Shown here piece by piece: positions 12,058-25,600 of a stretch of 64,000 nt of DNA (the stretch's first letter is position 1; each line of letters starts with the position of its first letter). The notes under the pieces were generated by a model. That model saw only the letters and a list, made by a program, of their open reading frames with translations. It had not been told where the DNA came from and searched no databases. The stretch is taken from positions 62,001 to 126,000 of the forward strand of contig NW_026782216.1 in the NCBI RefSeq assembly GCF_031769215.1, read 5' to 3'. The DNA comes from Ylistrum balloti. Lineage: Eukaryota. Position numbers and translations under genes: made by a program.

Positions 12058-15000
12058 ATGGACGGCAAAGTGAAGTCTGGACATGTTGTATTAAAGGCAG
12101 GAGTAATGGTAAGGATATTTGTATACAATGAACAAATATACGAGAAACTAAAAAAGTACGCATGTGCTGTTTTGATAGATAGTTTTAGATCATTGCAACG
12201 GGATCGGAAATGGATATGTGTATCTTGAACTTAGCCAATTCTGACTACTCATTGAAATACAAAGTAATTATTACAGCTATAAAAAAGTAACCTGTCACTG
12301 ATAGGAAAAAGAAACAATAACTGGTAATATTTGATATGGACATAGAGGCTTTAAGCCTGCGTCCATTATTTATGCTAATAAATGCTAATAAATAATTAAT
12401 AATAATGATAAAAAAATAACAAAAGTTTAAAAGTTAACATGTTCAATGTAAATATCTCATTAAGTAAATTAAGATATTTCTCAATGGCTAGTAGAAAACA
12501 TTTAATGTAATAGTGAACTAGTGACCCATTGGTCTCTAGCCAGACACTTAAAGGGAAATCCCTACTAGCTGAGTCTAGTAAGGCAATCTGTATTATTTAT
12601 TCATACACATGTATTGGTGATCGCTATTGTACTAAATGTGTGCTACTTGTTTCCCTTCATGAGTTTTCTTCCAACATCCAGAATAACATTTGTTCGATTA
12701 GCGACATTGTAATGAGAGCTCTTTAGAGTTTATGTTGGTTGTTGATATTGAAAACAATGTTTATTTTCTTTTTCTTTATTTTTCAGAGAACGAAACAGAA
12801 AAGATGGTGTATCTTTTACAATAAAAACGAAGATGAGCAGATTTTAGAATTTTATGATAATGTCGAAGATGCAAAGAAGAATTCAAAGCACAAGAAGACC
12901 TTTCACTTAAAACAAGTAAAAAGTATCGACACTGTGAATAAGTCAAGCAGTAAAGATTACTACATAGATATTCATATGAAAAAGGAAAGACTGACTCTGT
13001 GCTTTGAATGTGAGGCAGACTTAGAGGATTGGAGCACAGTACTGCAGAATTATGTTAATGTCATATCCCCAGATGGGGGATCTGGTGCCAATATGGCTGA
13101 CGAAGATGAAGATAGATCAACATTTAAAGCAAACATGCTGTATGAGACTTCAGAAGATAGTAAGTACATTGTATGAATATTATGTTTGTAACCTAGGTAA
13201 ACTTGTAGCAAGGGAGAACTTCTCTTTAGTTTTATCAGTAGAGTGAGTAAATCAGTGAGAGATCCTAGGTTCTATCCCAAGCTTCACAAGCTCTACTATC
13301 GAGGAGTATGTAACTCCAGTAACAATCATCTAGGCTCTTTTTATTCTATACTTTTAGCTCAATTGGTACAGACAAATGTCTCATGTTTGTTCCCATTTAG
13401 AGGCAATAAAACAATGATGACCTAGCTCAGTTACATTTCTCAAGACACAAATATCCAATTAATAATTATATAACGTGGTAAATAAAAGATACAAACTTGT
13501 ACATCACATATCTTGATAACAAAAAATGGTAATAAGTCCACTTATATGTTGTCAAAAAGAGCTTAGAACAGAAAAAATCCTTTTTCACTCCACCCAATTT
13601 TGATTTAGTATGAGATATCTGTGTCTGAAAAGGGTTCTCTTTTAAGGGTGAATCAGAAAAGGCGAAACCCACATATTGAATAAACATAAGTTAAAAGATC
13701 TGTTGATTATTGTTGAAGACATTTTTGGGTTGTTGGTTGCAAAAGGAAGTTTTACTGAGCTGGCATTGCCAATAAATAATCCTTAATCCTTGTCCAACAT
13801 TATTTAAATCTCAATTCCTGTCATAAAACTGAATATTTCTGTGTTTTCCATCTTGGATCACTGAGGGATAAATATGGTCATATATGTATACATTCAATCT
13901 GGATAGAGTGTATATTGTAGGATTGGTTGATTATTCATAATATCATTGTAGTTTTTGTATCTATACCTGTGAATTTTACATAAGGTACACTAGCACTGGA
14001 TATATGTATATATATACTTATACAAACACACTTCACATTTACGAAATTTGAAATAAAGATAAGGCCAGTACTTACTTAAATTTCTGCATAAAAAGGTCTG
14101 AGTTTTAACTTCCTGATCTTTTTTTATCAAAGAGTCCATGGATATTATATCAATAACTGACTACACTAGTACTAGTAATGTACCCACAGTGTCACTGGCT
14201 ATTTCTAACGAGGGTGTAAGGTACACTACTGAGGATGTGATCAAGGTTCACTTCCAAGGATATGTTTGAGGTTCACTATGAAGGGTATGAGGTTCACTAC
14301 TGGGGATGTAATCGATGTTCACTACCAAGGGTGTAAGGTTCACTACTGAGGATGCGATCAAGGTTCACTACCACAGATGTGATCAAGGTTCACTACCAAG
14401 GATATGTTTGAGGTTCACTATGAAGGGTGTGAGGTTCACTGCTGTGGATGTGATCCAGGTTCACTACCAATGGTTTTAGGTTCACTACTGAGGATGTAAT
14501 CTAGGTTCACTACCAAGGGTTTGAGGTTCACTACTGAGGATGTAATCCAGGTTCACTACCAAGGGTTTGAGGTTCACTGCTGTGGATGTAATCCAAGTTC
14601 ACTACTGAGGATGTAATCCAGGTTCACTACCAAGGGTTTGAGGTTCACTACTGAGGATGTAATCCAGGTTCACTACCAAGGGTTTGAGGTTCACTGCTGT
14701 GGATGTAATCCAGGTTCACTACTGAGGATGTAATCCAGGTTCACTACCAAGGGTTTGAGGTTCACTACTGAGGATGTAATCCAGGTTCACTACCAAGGGT
14801 TTGAGGTTCACTACTGAGGATGTAATCCAGGTTCACTACCAAGGGTTTGAGGTTCACTGCTGTGGATGTAATCCAGGTTCACTACTGAGGATGTAATCCA
14901 GGTTCACTACCAAGGGTTTGAGGTTCACTACTGAGGATGTAATCCAAGTTCACTACCAAGGGTTTCAGGTTCACTGCTGTGGATGTAATCCAGGTTCACT

Positions 15001-18000
15001 ACTGAGGATGTAATCCAGGTTCACTACCAAGGGTTTGAGGTTCACTACTGAGGATGTAATCCAGGTTCACTACCAAGGATGTGAGGTTCACTACTGGAGA
15101 TATGATTCAGATTCACTACCAAAGGTTGGTTGAGATCTGCCATTTGCTGTTCTTCTATGATTGAGGATGTCTGTTCAACATATTGGTGGTATGGTCTGCC
15201 AGACACTTTGTGACTTTGACTTAAGGTGTCTGGTTCAACAAACTTCAAGGGTGTCAGATTAAGCACATTGCTGGAATGGTCCACCAGACACTGTATAATC
15301 TTGACGGAGGAAGGATGATTCAATACACTGGTTGAATGGTCCACTGGACACTATGACTTACACAGGATGACTGGTTTAACACATTCATGGAATATTCCAC
15401 CAGACACAGTAGGATCTTTACTGAGGGTGTCAGGTTCAACAAATTGGTGGAATATGGTCCACTAGTCACTGTACAATTTTGACTGATAGTGTCAAGGTCA
15501 GCACATTAGTGATATGGTTCACATTTCTGATGGTTCCAATGCAATACCTTGGGTGGTTGGTGAATTGGTTTATTTTTTATTAATAGAGAAACATTTTCTC
15601 TCATTTCTACCTGTGTAATAGTGGTCTGTCCAGTGCAATACATCCAGGTCTCCTGTTTACACACCCACCCATGTAACACAGGCATGCACACATGGACATG
15701 TGACATGTCTCTTTCCAATTGATAACATCAGCTGATACACATCCTCAATACTCAAGATTTAATGGTCACTTAGGCTCTATGCAGAGATAGTTAGTGATCA
15801 TAATCACTTGAAATCAAAGCAATGAGAATTCATTTTCTTTGTCAGTTTTTCGATTAATTACATTATAAAAAATATCACTTTTGCCTAACAAGATGTCCTT
15901 GGTAGTACATTGCAGACGTCTGAAGCTAATATTTTTTCAATATTATAAAATGAGAAATGAGAGAAAAATAAGCTTTCATATGTCGAAGTAAAGGATGGGA
16001 TATTTCAACCTTGAGATAAAGAAATGTGGTAAAACCTCTGCAAAGCCTTTAGTTTTAAGGCATTTTGTGAATTTTCGGGTGGCATATTCTTATCCTACAC
16101 TCTAACACATGAAAGAGCTTTATAGTTATGACTCGCGTGAATTTCTCTTCAATGAAACTTAACACAAGAAGTCATAAAAACTGACCAGAAGGTAGATTTT
16201 GTTGAAGGGACCTAAATATTTATTGAAGTGTGGAATGTTATTGAAGAGAAGGCCAAGTAGCATATTTCTGTTTACAAGCTGTATTCATTGTTCCAAATTT
16301 TGCTGCTTTCCATTTTTAAAGGAAATGGAAATTAAACAAATTTTCTCTCATAAACAATGTCATGTAAATTTTCATTTTTGTGGTACACAATTTTCCTGGT
16401 AACTATTTCATGAACACTTGATTTTATGGATAGATATAGCTCAATAGATCAAATCATACTAATTTTAACATATGAATATGTTGATCAGGAGTAACCACAA
16501 AGTCAATGAAATTTTTGCCACAAAATGTTTAAGTATTTTACTTAGATTGGGGCTTGTGTATCCACCAGAACCATGATGTTTGTTAATTGTGTATATATCT
16601 TATATGCATACAAATGTATAACCACATTGTTTACATTGTGTGCACAAGTGCCAATGCCTGGTGTATTTTTATATCATAAACTCGTAGTAAGGTTTGGGTG
16701 ATTGTTGATAAATTGAATAGTGAAGTGTCAAATTACTTTATATACACGTTCCGGTATTCTGCTTAAGTCTACATTTTTTCATTGTCCATTTGCTGGATAT
16801 ACATGTATAATCTGTAGATGTAAATTTGATAACGAGTTTGGATGGATTGAATCTTTTTCGGTCACATGAGACAAAGTTTCATGGTGACCTACTGTGATAA
16901 TCTTTGTTTCGTGTCATGCGTTCGTAAACAATTTCTCATTTTTGACTTCTTCTCAAAATCTCCCGAATCAATTTCAATGAAATTTTAAAGAAAACTTCCC
17001 TGGCCTAAGATGGACCAAAACAAAAAACAAAACATTTTGTGGTCCCCACCACACAGGGGCCTGAGGGGCAGGACCAAAAGGGCCAAATTTACGCAAATTT
17101 CAAAAATCTTCTCAACACCCAGATTGGTGCAATCAAATGTTTTTCATTGAATCATCTTAAGGTGCTTTACCAAAATTGTTAGTTTCATGGTCTCAGGGCA
17201 TCACATTTCCCCATGGGAAGGGGGTAAAATTTACTATAGTTTATGTATGAAAAATAGATTTTTGAGCATGATTTGTTTAATTTCTATTAGAAATATTTCA
17301 AACTTGGTTAGAATTATAAGCAAACAATGACGGCTTGATGGTTTGCCCATATCCATCCTGGCTGACCGCCGGGGACTTATGGGTGGGGCCAAATTGACTC
17401 AGATTTCCGCATGTATAGGAAACCTTGGTCAATCCAATCAAGTAAAGTCATATTCCCAAAAGATAATGCTTAAGGTAATATAAACAAGAATAAGACCAAC
17501 AAACATCAAACTCATCTAATATAATTTCATATTGGAAAAGGAAGTATAAGATAACACTTCCTGTTAGTTTTTATTACCCTGCATCTCTTAAAACCCTTTT
17601 ATCTTATTAGCTGTTGACATCTTGTATAGAAATTATAATATTGGGAATAAACCCTTGAATGTCAAATCTACTGTGACAGTGTAAACACCATAGGTTAAGG
17701 ATGCAGAAATACTATCTAGAAATGGAAAATTCAAGATCATGAAAGCCAAATAAAACAATGCTTATGGTTTGAAATTTCATCATTTTATACCTTATCTCAG
17801 GATATTTATGCACTCAGCATTTTTTGCAGAAATCCTCAAAATATACCTTTTGCAGTTTTTACATATTTTATTTTTTTCACAAATTCTTCATCTTTAAAAT
17901 TTGAAAGACCACTTTTTAATACTTTGAACCCTTCAGAATGGTCTTGGATATAGTTCACAAATATAGATCAGTGTAAATTCTAGCATAACTGGAGATCTAA

Positions 18001-19650
18001 CTGACCAGTCATACTAGATTTACATACAGACTAGTATCTATTATAAAAGTATTTACAACTAGAAAGTGTTCATGTACGTGAATGTACGTTAACTGAATAT
18101 AGATGTAGTACTCATGCAATTACAATAAAAGGAAAACAAGCAAATTTTGCAATTTTAATTTTATGTGATTTTTAAAAGGTCACTTTTAAAGAAGACTTGC
18201 AAATGTAAGCAGAAGTCATTATCCAATCTCGTTCAATTAAACAATCACATATTAGAAAGTTAATATTAGAAGCATGATTCATGAAATTTGTCCATTCAAT
18301 TATATTCAGCCATAAAAATTTGATTTATTTAAATTTGATTTTCTCATTTTGGATGAAACTTGTCATTTTACCTGCAAAAATAACTGACTATTCAGTATCA
18401 ATAAAGTAAAATACTTGTATCTTACTTTGTAAAATATTGATGTTTAAAACTGTTTTTCTCTTTTTTTTTCAGCTATTATATTTGATGTGATGATTGAACC
18501 AACTCCTGCTTCCGAGAAGAAATGCCTGGAGCCGGACAAGTCTTATCGTCTCCTGGTCACTATGACAAATATTGCTTTGGAAGATCCCACCAGGGAAGAA
18601 GAACCACTTTTGTACCGTTGGATGTTTGAATACATACGATCCTATGGAACTTCAAAAAGCACTGGCCTGTTTACCATAACTGCTGGTCGCCGTTCAGAAA
18701 CTGGCGAAGGGGAATTCTCGTTCAAAGTTGCCCATCCTAAAGCTGTTGACCAGGCTATAGATCTACAAACCCAGCGAAAATTTAATTTAAAACTTCAGCA
18801 ACAACATTCTAAAGTTGAGGATATAGAAACTAGTTCAGAAAATTTGCGTACATCAACTTCATCGAAGCGACCTAAAAGTGGTCTCCCATCAGGAAATGGT
18901 GCTGAAGCTCTTTCAAGGTCAAGTCTCAAAAGTGCTGGTAAGACAGAACAATTCCAAAAGGAATTATCTGCAAGTATTGCTGCAAGGCAACCAATAGATA
19001 AACAGAAATCCAATAAGAAACATGAGGAGAAGGAAAAAAAAGAGGATAAAGAAAAAAAGGAGGAAAAGGACAAGAAAGATGATAAGAAAGGAAGTGGTTT
19101 CCATTTATTTGGGAAGAAAAAAGATAAAAAAATGAAAGAACAAGAAAAAGAAAGTATTGAAACTAAACCATTACAACAAAAGCAAAAAGCTTCCTTTGAT
19201 GATCATATTTATGATGAAGCAGTTCCACAAATTCGACCAGTGTTGGCTTCTGGTGATTCATGTTTCTACTCTGATGTACAAAAAAAGCCTGGAAATTGGA
19301 AAACTCATGGTCAAAGATCGTCTGAAATACATGTCGAAAATTATGGTACCTTAGCAGAGGCAGCTAAAGAGACCAGAAAATCTGGACATAAGCAAATCCC
19401 TCTTCCATCGAGCAATGACGATGATGATGATAACATGTACGACTCTTTGAGTCCAAAAGGAGTTGAAAAACTGCCGGGTAAAGCTGCAGAGGAAGGTCTC
19501 TATGGCACCAGCAGTGGTCGATTACTGGAGGATATTTCACCCAGAAGTGAGGAAGAAGAAACTTATGATGATGCAGTTTCATTTCAGTCAAGAAAACCAC
19601 AGATCAACTATGATGATGAAGCAGCTGAATATGAAACTGTTGATATTTGA
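12058..19650 (+). CDS. DOK: Docking protein (DOK family; PH + IRS-type PTB + tyrosine-rich tail), 533 aa
   Basis: Exons 12058-12108 (MDGKVKSGHVVLKAGVM, donor GTAAGG), 12787-13159 (PH: KRWCIFY...LEFYD...LEDW; linker NMLY), 18473-19650 (PTB: RWMFEYIRSYG...FTITAGRRSETGEGEFSF, then acidic tail with 8 Tyr). Phases 0 and 1 are consistent; total 1602 nt. Closest to DOK1/2/3-type, but the exact orthologue cannot be assigned from this sequence. Confidence 0.88.
14200..15120. repeat. Composite 25/21-bp minisatellite in DOK intron 2
   Basis: Alternating GGTTCACTACTGAGGATGTAATCCA (25) and GGTTCACTACCAAGGGTTTGA (21), plus the variant GGTTCACTGCTGTGGATGTAATCCA. Confidence 0.92.
16855..17460. mobile_element. 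Non-autonomous Helentron-associated (HINE/Pearl-like) repeat remnant
   Basis: Motifs ATTTTTGACTTCTTCTCAAAA...CAATTTCAATGAAATT, GGGGCCTGAGGGGCAGGACCAAAAGGGCCAAATT and AAATTTCAAAAATCTTCTC resemble the abundant bivalve HINE-like family (recalled, not searched). Related fragments occur at about 33215-33340 and 37200-37260. Confidence 0.55.
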
Positions 19651-22600
19651 TAGACTCTAGGGCTAATCGAAGATATAGCTTCAGTTAGGTTTGAGAATAC
19701 AACAATGTCAGCATTCTTCACTTCAGTGTGAATTGTCAACAATTATGAATATGGTCACATCTATTCAGTAAGAATCCTGTGATTAATTATCATCCCTACC
19801 CCACTCCCATTTCAGCACATTGAAAAAGATGCATGGTGATAACAGTTAATGTTTTTTTTCAATTATTATTATGTTGAAGGTCTTTAGATAGGTTTAACTT
19901 TCTGGATTATAGATACATGAAACAAAATCATATATTCTTTTCCAGTCTGAATTATTCTGATATACTGTAAACCATTTTTTCATTGACTTCAAACCCATAT
20001 ATAATAGAAAAGTGGATAGAACATCAAAATAATTCTTTTCATGTTATCTGTTAACATGAAAATATTGATTTCTTATTATATCATTAACTGCCATTTATAT
20101 GGAGAGTATAGAATGGTATAAAACTTTAAACTGTTTTAAACTGAGCCACGGAGAAAACCCAAATGAATAGAGTTTTGACCAAGGGGAAAGTACTCAATTT
20201 CTACCTTTGGGGTTTAATGATGTTTTGACCAGATGCAAAGGTGATAAAATGTCTTTTTATTTACATGCATACTATTAAAGGCTTGCACAACTAAATCAGT
20301 CAGTATACATACAGTATTTTTCGTCCTACCTCAACTAAACAAAATCGAACATTCGTCTTGATAAACATCCAGCATTCAAGTGAAATTTTTAAAATGTATT
20401 TTATAAGGTGAACCAGTCTTACATGCAAAGGTATGAAAAAATGTAGCATTCCTATGGTGCTATTGAATTGCCTTAACAGTGATTTTGGGAATTGTTATAT
20501 ACCCCAGGATTTGTTTTACTTGTAAACACCCACCTTTTTTGTTGACATTTAAAGATGATAGCTGTAATATATGCCATAAAGACCATCAAATAATGTTATT
20601 TGTAGCATATGTCAGCTATATGTCTTCTGATGTTAAACTGGCTGTGATGGCAAGTGTAAACATTCTGTGATTTAGTTGTACAAGTCTATACAGGTCTCAT
20701 CTTTATAACAAAGGCCACTTGTTTAGGTCACTTTTGTAATACCACTCACAGTAATTGACTACACTTCCCCAACCCCTGAGTGACCTGAATAGACAGGTTT
20801 TTCTCTTAGTCAGGATAGGTAAATCCATGCTTTTTACCAGATTGAAATTTCCTTGTCTCGTTCTAGGTTTGAAACAGGGGGATTCCCCTGTCAGGAGAGT
20901 AATATGATATCACAGAAATAATACACTAACATCATATCAACAATGCAGAGCATTGAGACAACAACAACACATATGATTACCTTATAAAGCAAGCAGGGTA
21001 AGAGAACAATAATTATTTGTTGGAGAGAGAGGGTGATCTCACCCCTCGGGGGAAAGATATTTAAGTTGCAAACACCAAGAAAACCTCATGTTTGCTAACT
21101 TATTCATCTTTCCGGTAATAATGAGAGCCACCTATCTCACCACAACAGGGGTCGAAGATTCTATTTGTCTTTTTCATAACAATATTTTGTAGGACTGTGG
21201 AGAAAAATTAAAAATTAATTAAAGAAATTTTGTTTATTGCGCATTGTAGTTTTTTGCAAAATTTAAAAAACTTAATTTTTTTAGATACACTAAAAAAGAA
21301 TGTGCCCGAGAATATTGATGTTATACATACAATATGCTGATACGACAGATTAGAGTATCCTTAAAGATAAAAAGAAAATTGTATTATGTATACCTAGTGT
21401 ACCTAGATTTGTCCACTTGAACAAGAAAATGGACAGACAGCTAGTAAAGGTGATTTCATGATTGAAGACATCATTTAACATTCTCACTTAGAGCTAGATT
21501 TTATATATAGATTATTATAGGTTTTTTTTAAATTAATGTAGAATTAGTGTACATATGTTCTTTGTTTGAAAAAAAAAACATTACAAATAATACCATACTC
21601 TGTAGCTTGTTCAACAAGCATTCGTGTATTTATACTTTTCAGTATTTTGTAATTGCTATGCAATCGGTTTTCTTGTTTTTAAAAGTATATAGATATATTT
21701 ATACCCAAACGTTTTATTATCATAGATTTTTGTTGGTTTTTTTTTGTATAGAATTCTACGATAACCAATACACGGCCTTTGCACAAATTTCCTACCCACA
21801 GTCCATATCTTGGTATTATAGAATGATTATCATTATAATAATATATATCTATAATGGTCATGAAATTGGTGCTAACTCCTTGTGATTACTAATGATTGAT
21901 AACATTTTATTATTTGAAATAAAAAAACTCCTAACACAGTGGGTGAGAACCAACATCCTGGTTGTCTTCGGTCAGATCGTAAATTAAAGATGGATACCCA
22001 ACAGTATTCAATAGAGCCCCATCATGGAAGATAAATACAAATGATATAAAAGATGGAGCATTAACAGCTGGATTCCGTGGTTTTATTATTATATGTTTCG
22101 GCTAGAAAGGCTTGCTGTCACCAGAATCTGATGCAAACGTTATTTCTTGATCATGTGATGTGAACCATTTGTTTTAGAAGTTTGCTAAAATTTTCTAAAA
22201 TGCTCATGAGCTCTGCTGGGAGCTTTTCCAACTTCTCGAACATAACAGACTTTTTGTTTTATAAATTATAAAGGGAAGAAGTGGTGGTGGATTGTCGCCT
22301 TTTTTATCACATTTGTCTAAATTTGTTATTCATGCTACAAATTTTAAGAAGTTATTAATGCAGTCATAAAACATTTGCTCAGATTTACACCTAATGTATT
22401 CATTATTTGGTAGTCAGGATATAAAGAGCAAAGATAAATGACATTTGAAAAGGAAGAAATTTCATGAACTGACTGTCATGAGGAAATGTCTGAAATTTTT
22501 GCTCACCTGTTCAAAAAAGAAAAAAAAAATCAGAAAAAAATGATTTTAGTAAAGATATCCAATCACATCTCTACATTTACAGAAAATGGTTATGGACCAG

Positions 22601-25600
22601 AAATTCTGAAATTAATGCAAAAACAAAATTTGGAAGATTATGAGGTATACAACACTAAATTTTTCATAATTTGCACAACTGATCATGAATATGTGAGGAG
22701 AAAGATGTAGAAAGTTTCAGGAAAATGGACCAAATCTTCAGCATACTGGTAATATTGGCTTAAAGAAACTGTAAGATATGACAAGTTCCAATGTAAATAT
22801 ATATGTAGATCTTGCTAATATCATTGAATTATTTCATGAATTTATGCATTCTTTTGTAATAATTATATTAATGTTTAGAAATATTTCAAGACAGTTATTT
22901 CATGATATCCTATTTTTTAGAAAAAACATTCCATTTCAAAGAAATTCTATTTATATAAATGTATTTTCATATCATTTTTTTGATTATATTGCCCTCAAGG
23001 TTTTTATATGTAATTAGTTACAGAGCATAATTGTGCTGGTATTCAAGCTAGTACTCAATTTATAGTCTTCTATTCAAAGTACATAAGTACTAAGTATTTT
23101 TATGCCAAATCAGAATTGTCTCTGATATGATATGAGAATACTGCAGACATTTTATTGAGAATTTCATTTTGATTATTTTTTTTTTTTTTTTTTCAAATTG
23201 AAATGCTTAAAATTAAAAATGGAGAAATAATTCAATAGAAAGTCTTCATAACACAATCAAGACATTTAGTTGGTACATGTTCATCCTTTGAATCATTAAT
23301 ATCTAGAAGATATTCTTTGTCAGTAAGATTTTTATGATTTTTTTTAGCTTATTAATAGGAATATGGAAGGTAAGGGGAATCCTGCTGTCTTTTTAACAGT
23401 GGTGTCATGAAGATGACGCAATACATAGATCAGATGCTGTGTATAAAGTCAAATCACTTTGCTTGCATTAAGCACTGGTAGTAAGCTCATGCCTGGTAAT
23501 AGACTCCCCTTTTTTTGATGTACATCTATTTTGGTTGAAATTTGGGTTTATTGCAGTTGCAGTCAAACTTAGTATGATCTTCAGCTTCAATATGGAAAAA
23601 GGAATTATCTTTTGAACTACTACATTGTTATTTGTAAATGCTTTAAATTAATTCACTAAAAATTCTTTGTTTATCAAAGTAACTTCAAACAAACCTTGTT
23701 TTATGTATGTTGTAACTTATTGACAAATTCCAGTGTTTTGGCAAATGATAACAGACTATATTAGGAAGATGTGGTTACACAACATCAAAATTTAGTTTAA
23801 ACAATATTTCATTTGTAAAATTTACACATTACAAGTTCAATTAAAAATACAGAAAATGAAAAGAAGCTTAAACAACAAGCTACAAATTTGTTTATTCCTT
23901 TGAAAGCCATAGATTCGTGGACATGAATGAATAACATGGTAACGACTACGATGCAGGTCTGTTGGGCCTTTGTTTTTTTTGTTAAATAACATACAATATT
24001 AGTTATGTTACTGTTCTGCAGTGCATTTTTCTGAATTTTATATGATCTCTTGGTGCAGTTTTTGGTTTTGTTTTGACCAAAAATATTTTCAAATACTTCA
24101 TGAGCATTTTGTTAGAAATTATTCCCTATAGTTTGCCAACTGGAACACAATATTTGCTTATACACAATAATATGTACTAATAAAGAGGACATCATTTGGT
24201 ATATTGCTTCATTTGGTGTCAAGAGGTGATTGGTTTTGAGAAAGATCAGTTTGGGGAAGTTGAACTGTATATGATATTTCTTTACTCGATTCTATACAAG
24301 CAAAATGACATCTAAACATGACCATCTGTCAGTTTAACTTGTGTTAGATTCCAGCTGAATTACTTCAGTAGGACCTAAATTCAGGGTTAAGCATTTTGTC
24401 AGGGTCATGTAAATCACCTTCTTGCTTTATTTAAAAAATTCAAATTGATCTGCTAGTAATAGCATATGGTTAAGTGTTAAAATTGATTTAAAGTTTAATA
24501 TGTTGAATGATCAAGATCATATTGGATTTCAGATCATTATGAAAAATGATATTCAGGATAACAAGAAATTCCAACCAGTTTCAGTTATGTACTTCCAAAA
24601 GAATGAAAGTTAAAACAGATATGTGAAATGTTGATGGATATTGACATCACAGCCGAGAGGTCCACTCTTGTTGCATCAAATGAATTTGGTTTTCAAATAT
24701 GGGGATGTGGTGCTATTTTGCAGAAATCATCTCTGGTTGTCTACTCAACACTTCATTTTAACCATTTTAATCCTACATTTATGTAGCAGGCAATTAACAC
24801 AGTAAGTGAGGTGACTATCAAGATATTAATCAGTAGTAAATAAGCACACAGCATGGTTACTGGCATTGTCGGAAACTCACGAGACTGCTTGTAAAAACGA
24901 TCATGCAGAATCTCATGGGTTTCTGACGTGATTGGACAGGGCATCATATATTGTTATTGCTATATTCATATTTGTTTGCAGTTACCTATGAAACATTCCA
25001 GATATATTAACTGTTTGATAATAAATATTATTGCTTTGTAACATCTCTGTTTTGTTTTTCTTACATCTAATTCTGTGGCCTGATAATGTTTGATGCAATA
25101 TGATATACTAAGGTTATCAAATCAATTTAGTTTCACTTAAATACTTGGAGTTGTCACTGAAAGAGAAGATGTTTACCCTTCCGGAACACTTAAGCTTATT
25201 TATTATTGCAATTTTTTCATGGTCTTCCCACTTATATAATTCTTTTGGTTTTCATCATACTGCACCACAGCATAAGGTCATTCAAATGACAAACTCAAGG
25301 GAGTACCAGTGCTGTTAAACATTGAAATCGTGGAGTATTGTCTGCAATCTTCTGTCTTTATGGAGATGATCCACATGTGTATGTCACTTTCATAGCGGTC
25401 TGTTACTGCAAGTGTAACTTTTCAATACCACCCTATCACATAAATCTTTACCTAGCTGTATATACATCACTGGTGTGATTTTTTTTCTATAGATCATATA
25501 TTCTAAAAACACCAACATGTCAACAGATTCTTAATTCAAACGAAATTTTGATGAAACTATGACAATATATAAACAAAAGAAAGATTTACACGGAGATCCC

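Noticed and set aside
18795-19073. Antisense ORFs over DOK exon 3 (also 31803-32012 and 41739-41954)
   Set aside because: Shadow ORFs opposite low-complexity coding sequence.
20878-20888. Perfect NF-kB-like GGGGATTCCCC (another at about 4321)
   Set aside because: Isolated single sites with no cluster or promoter context.
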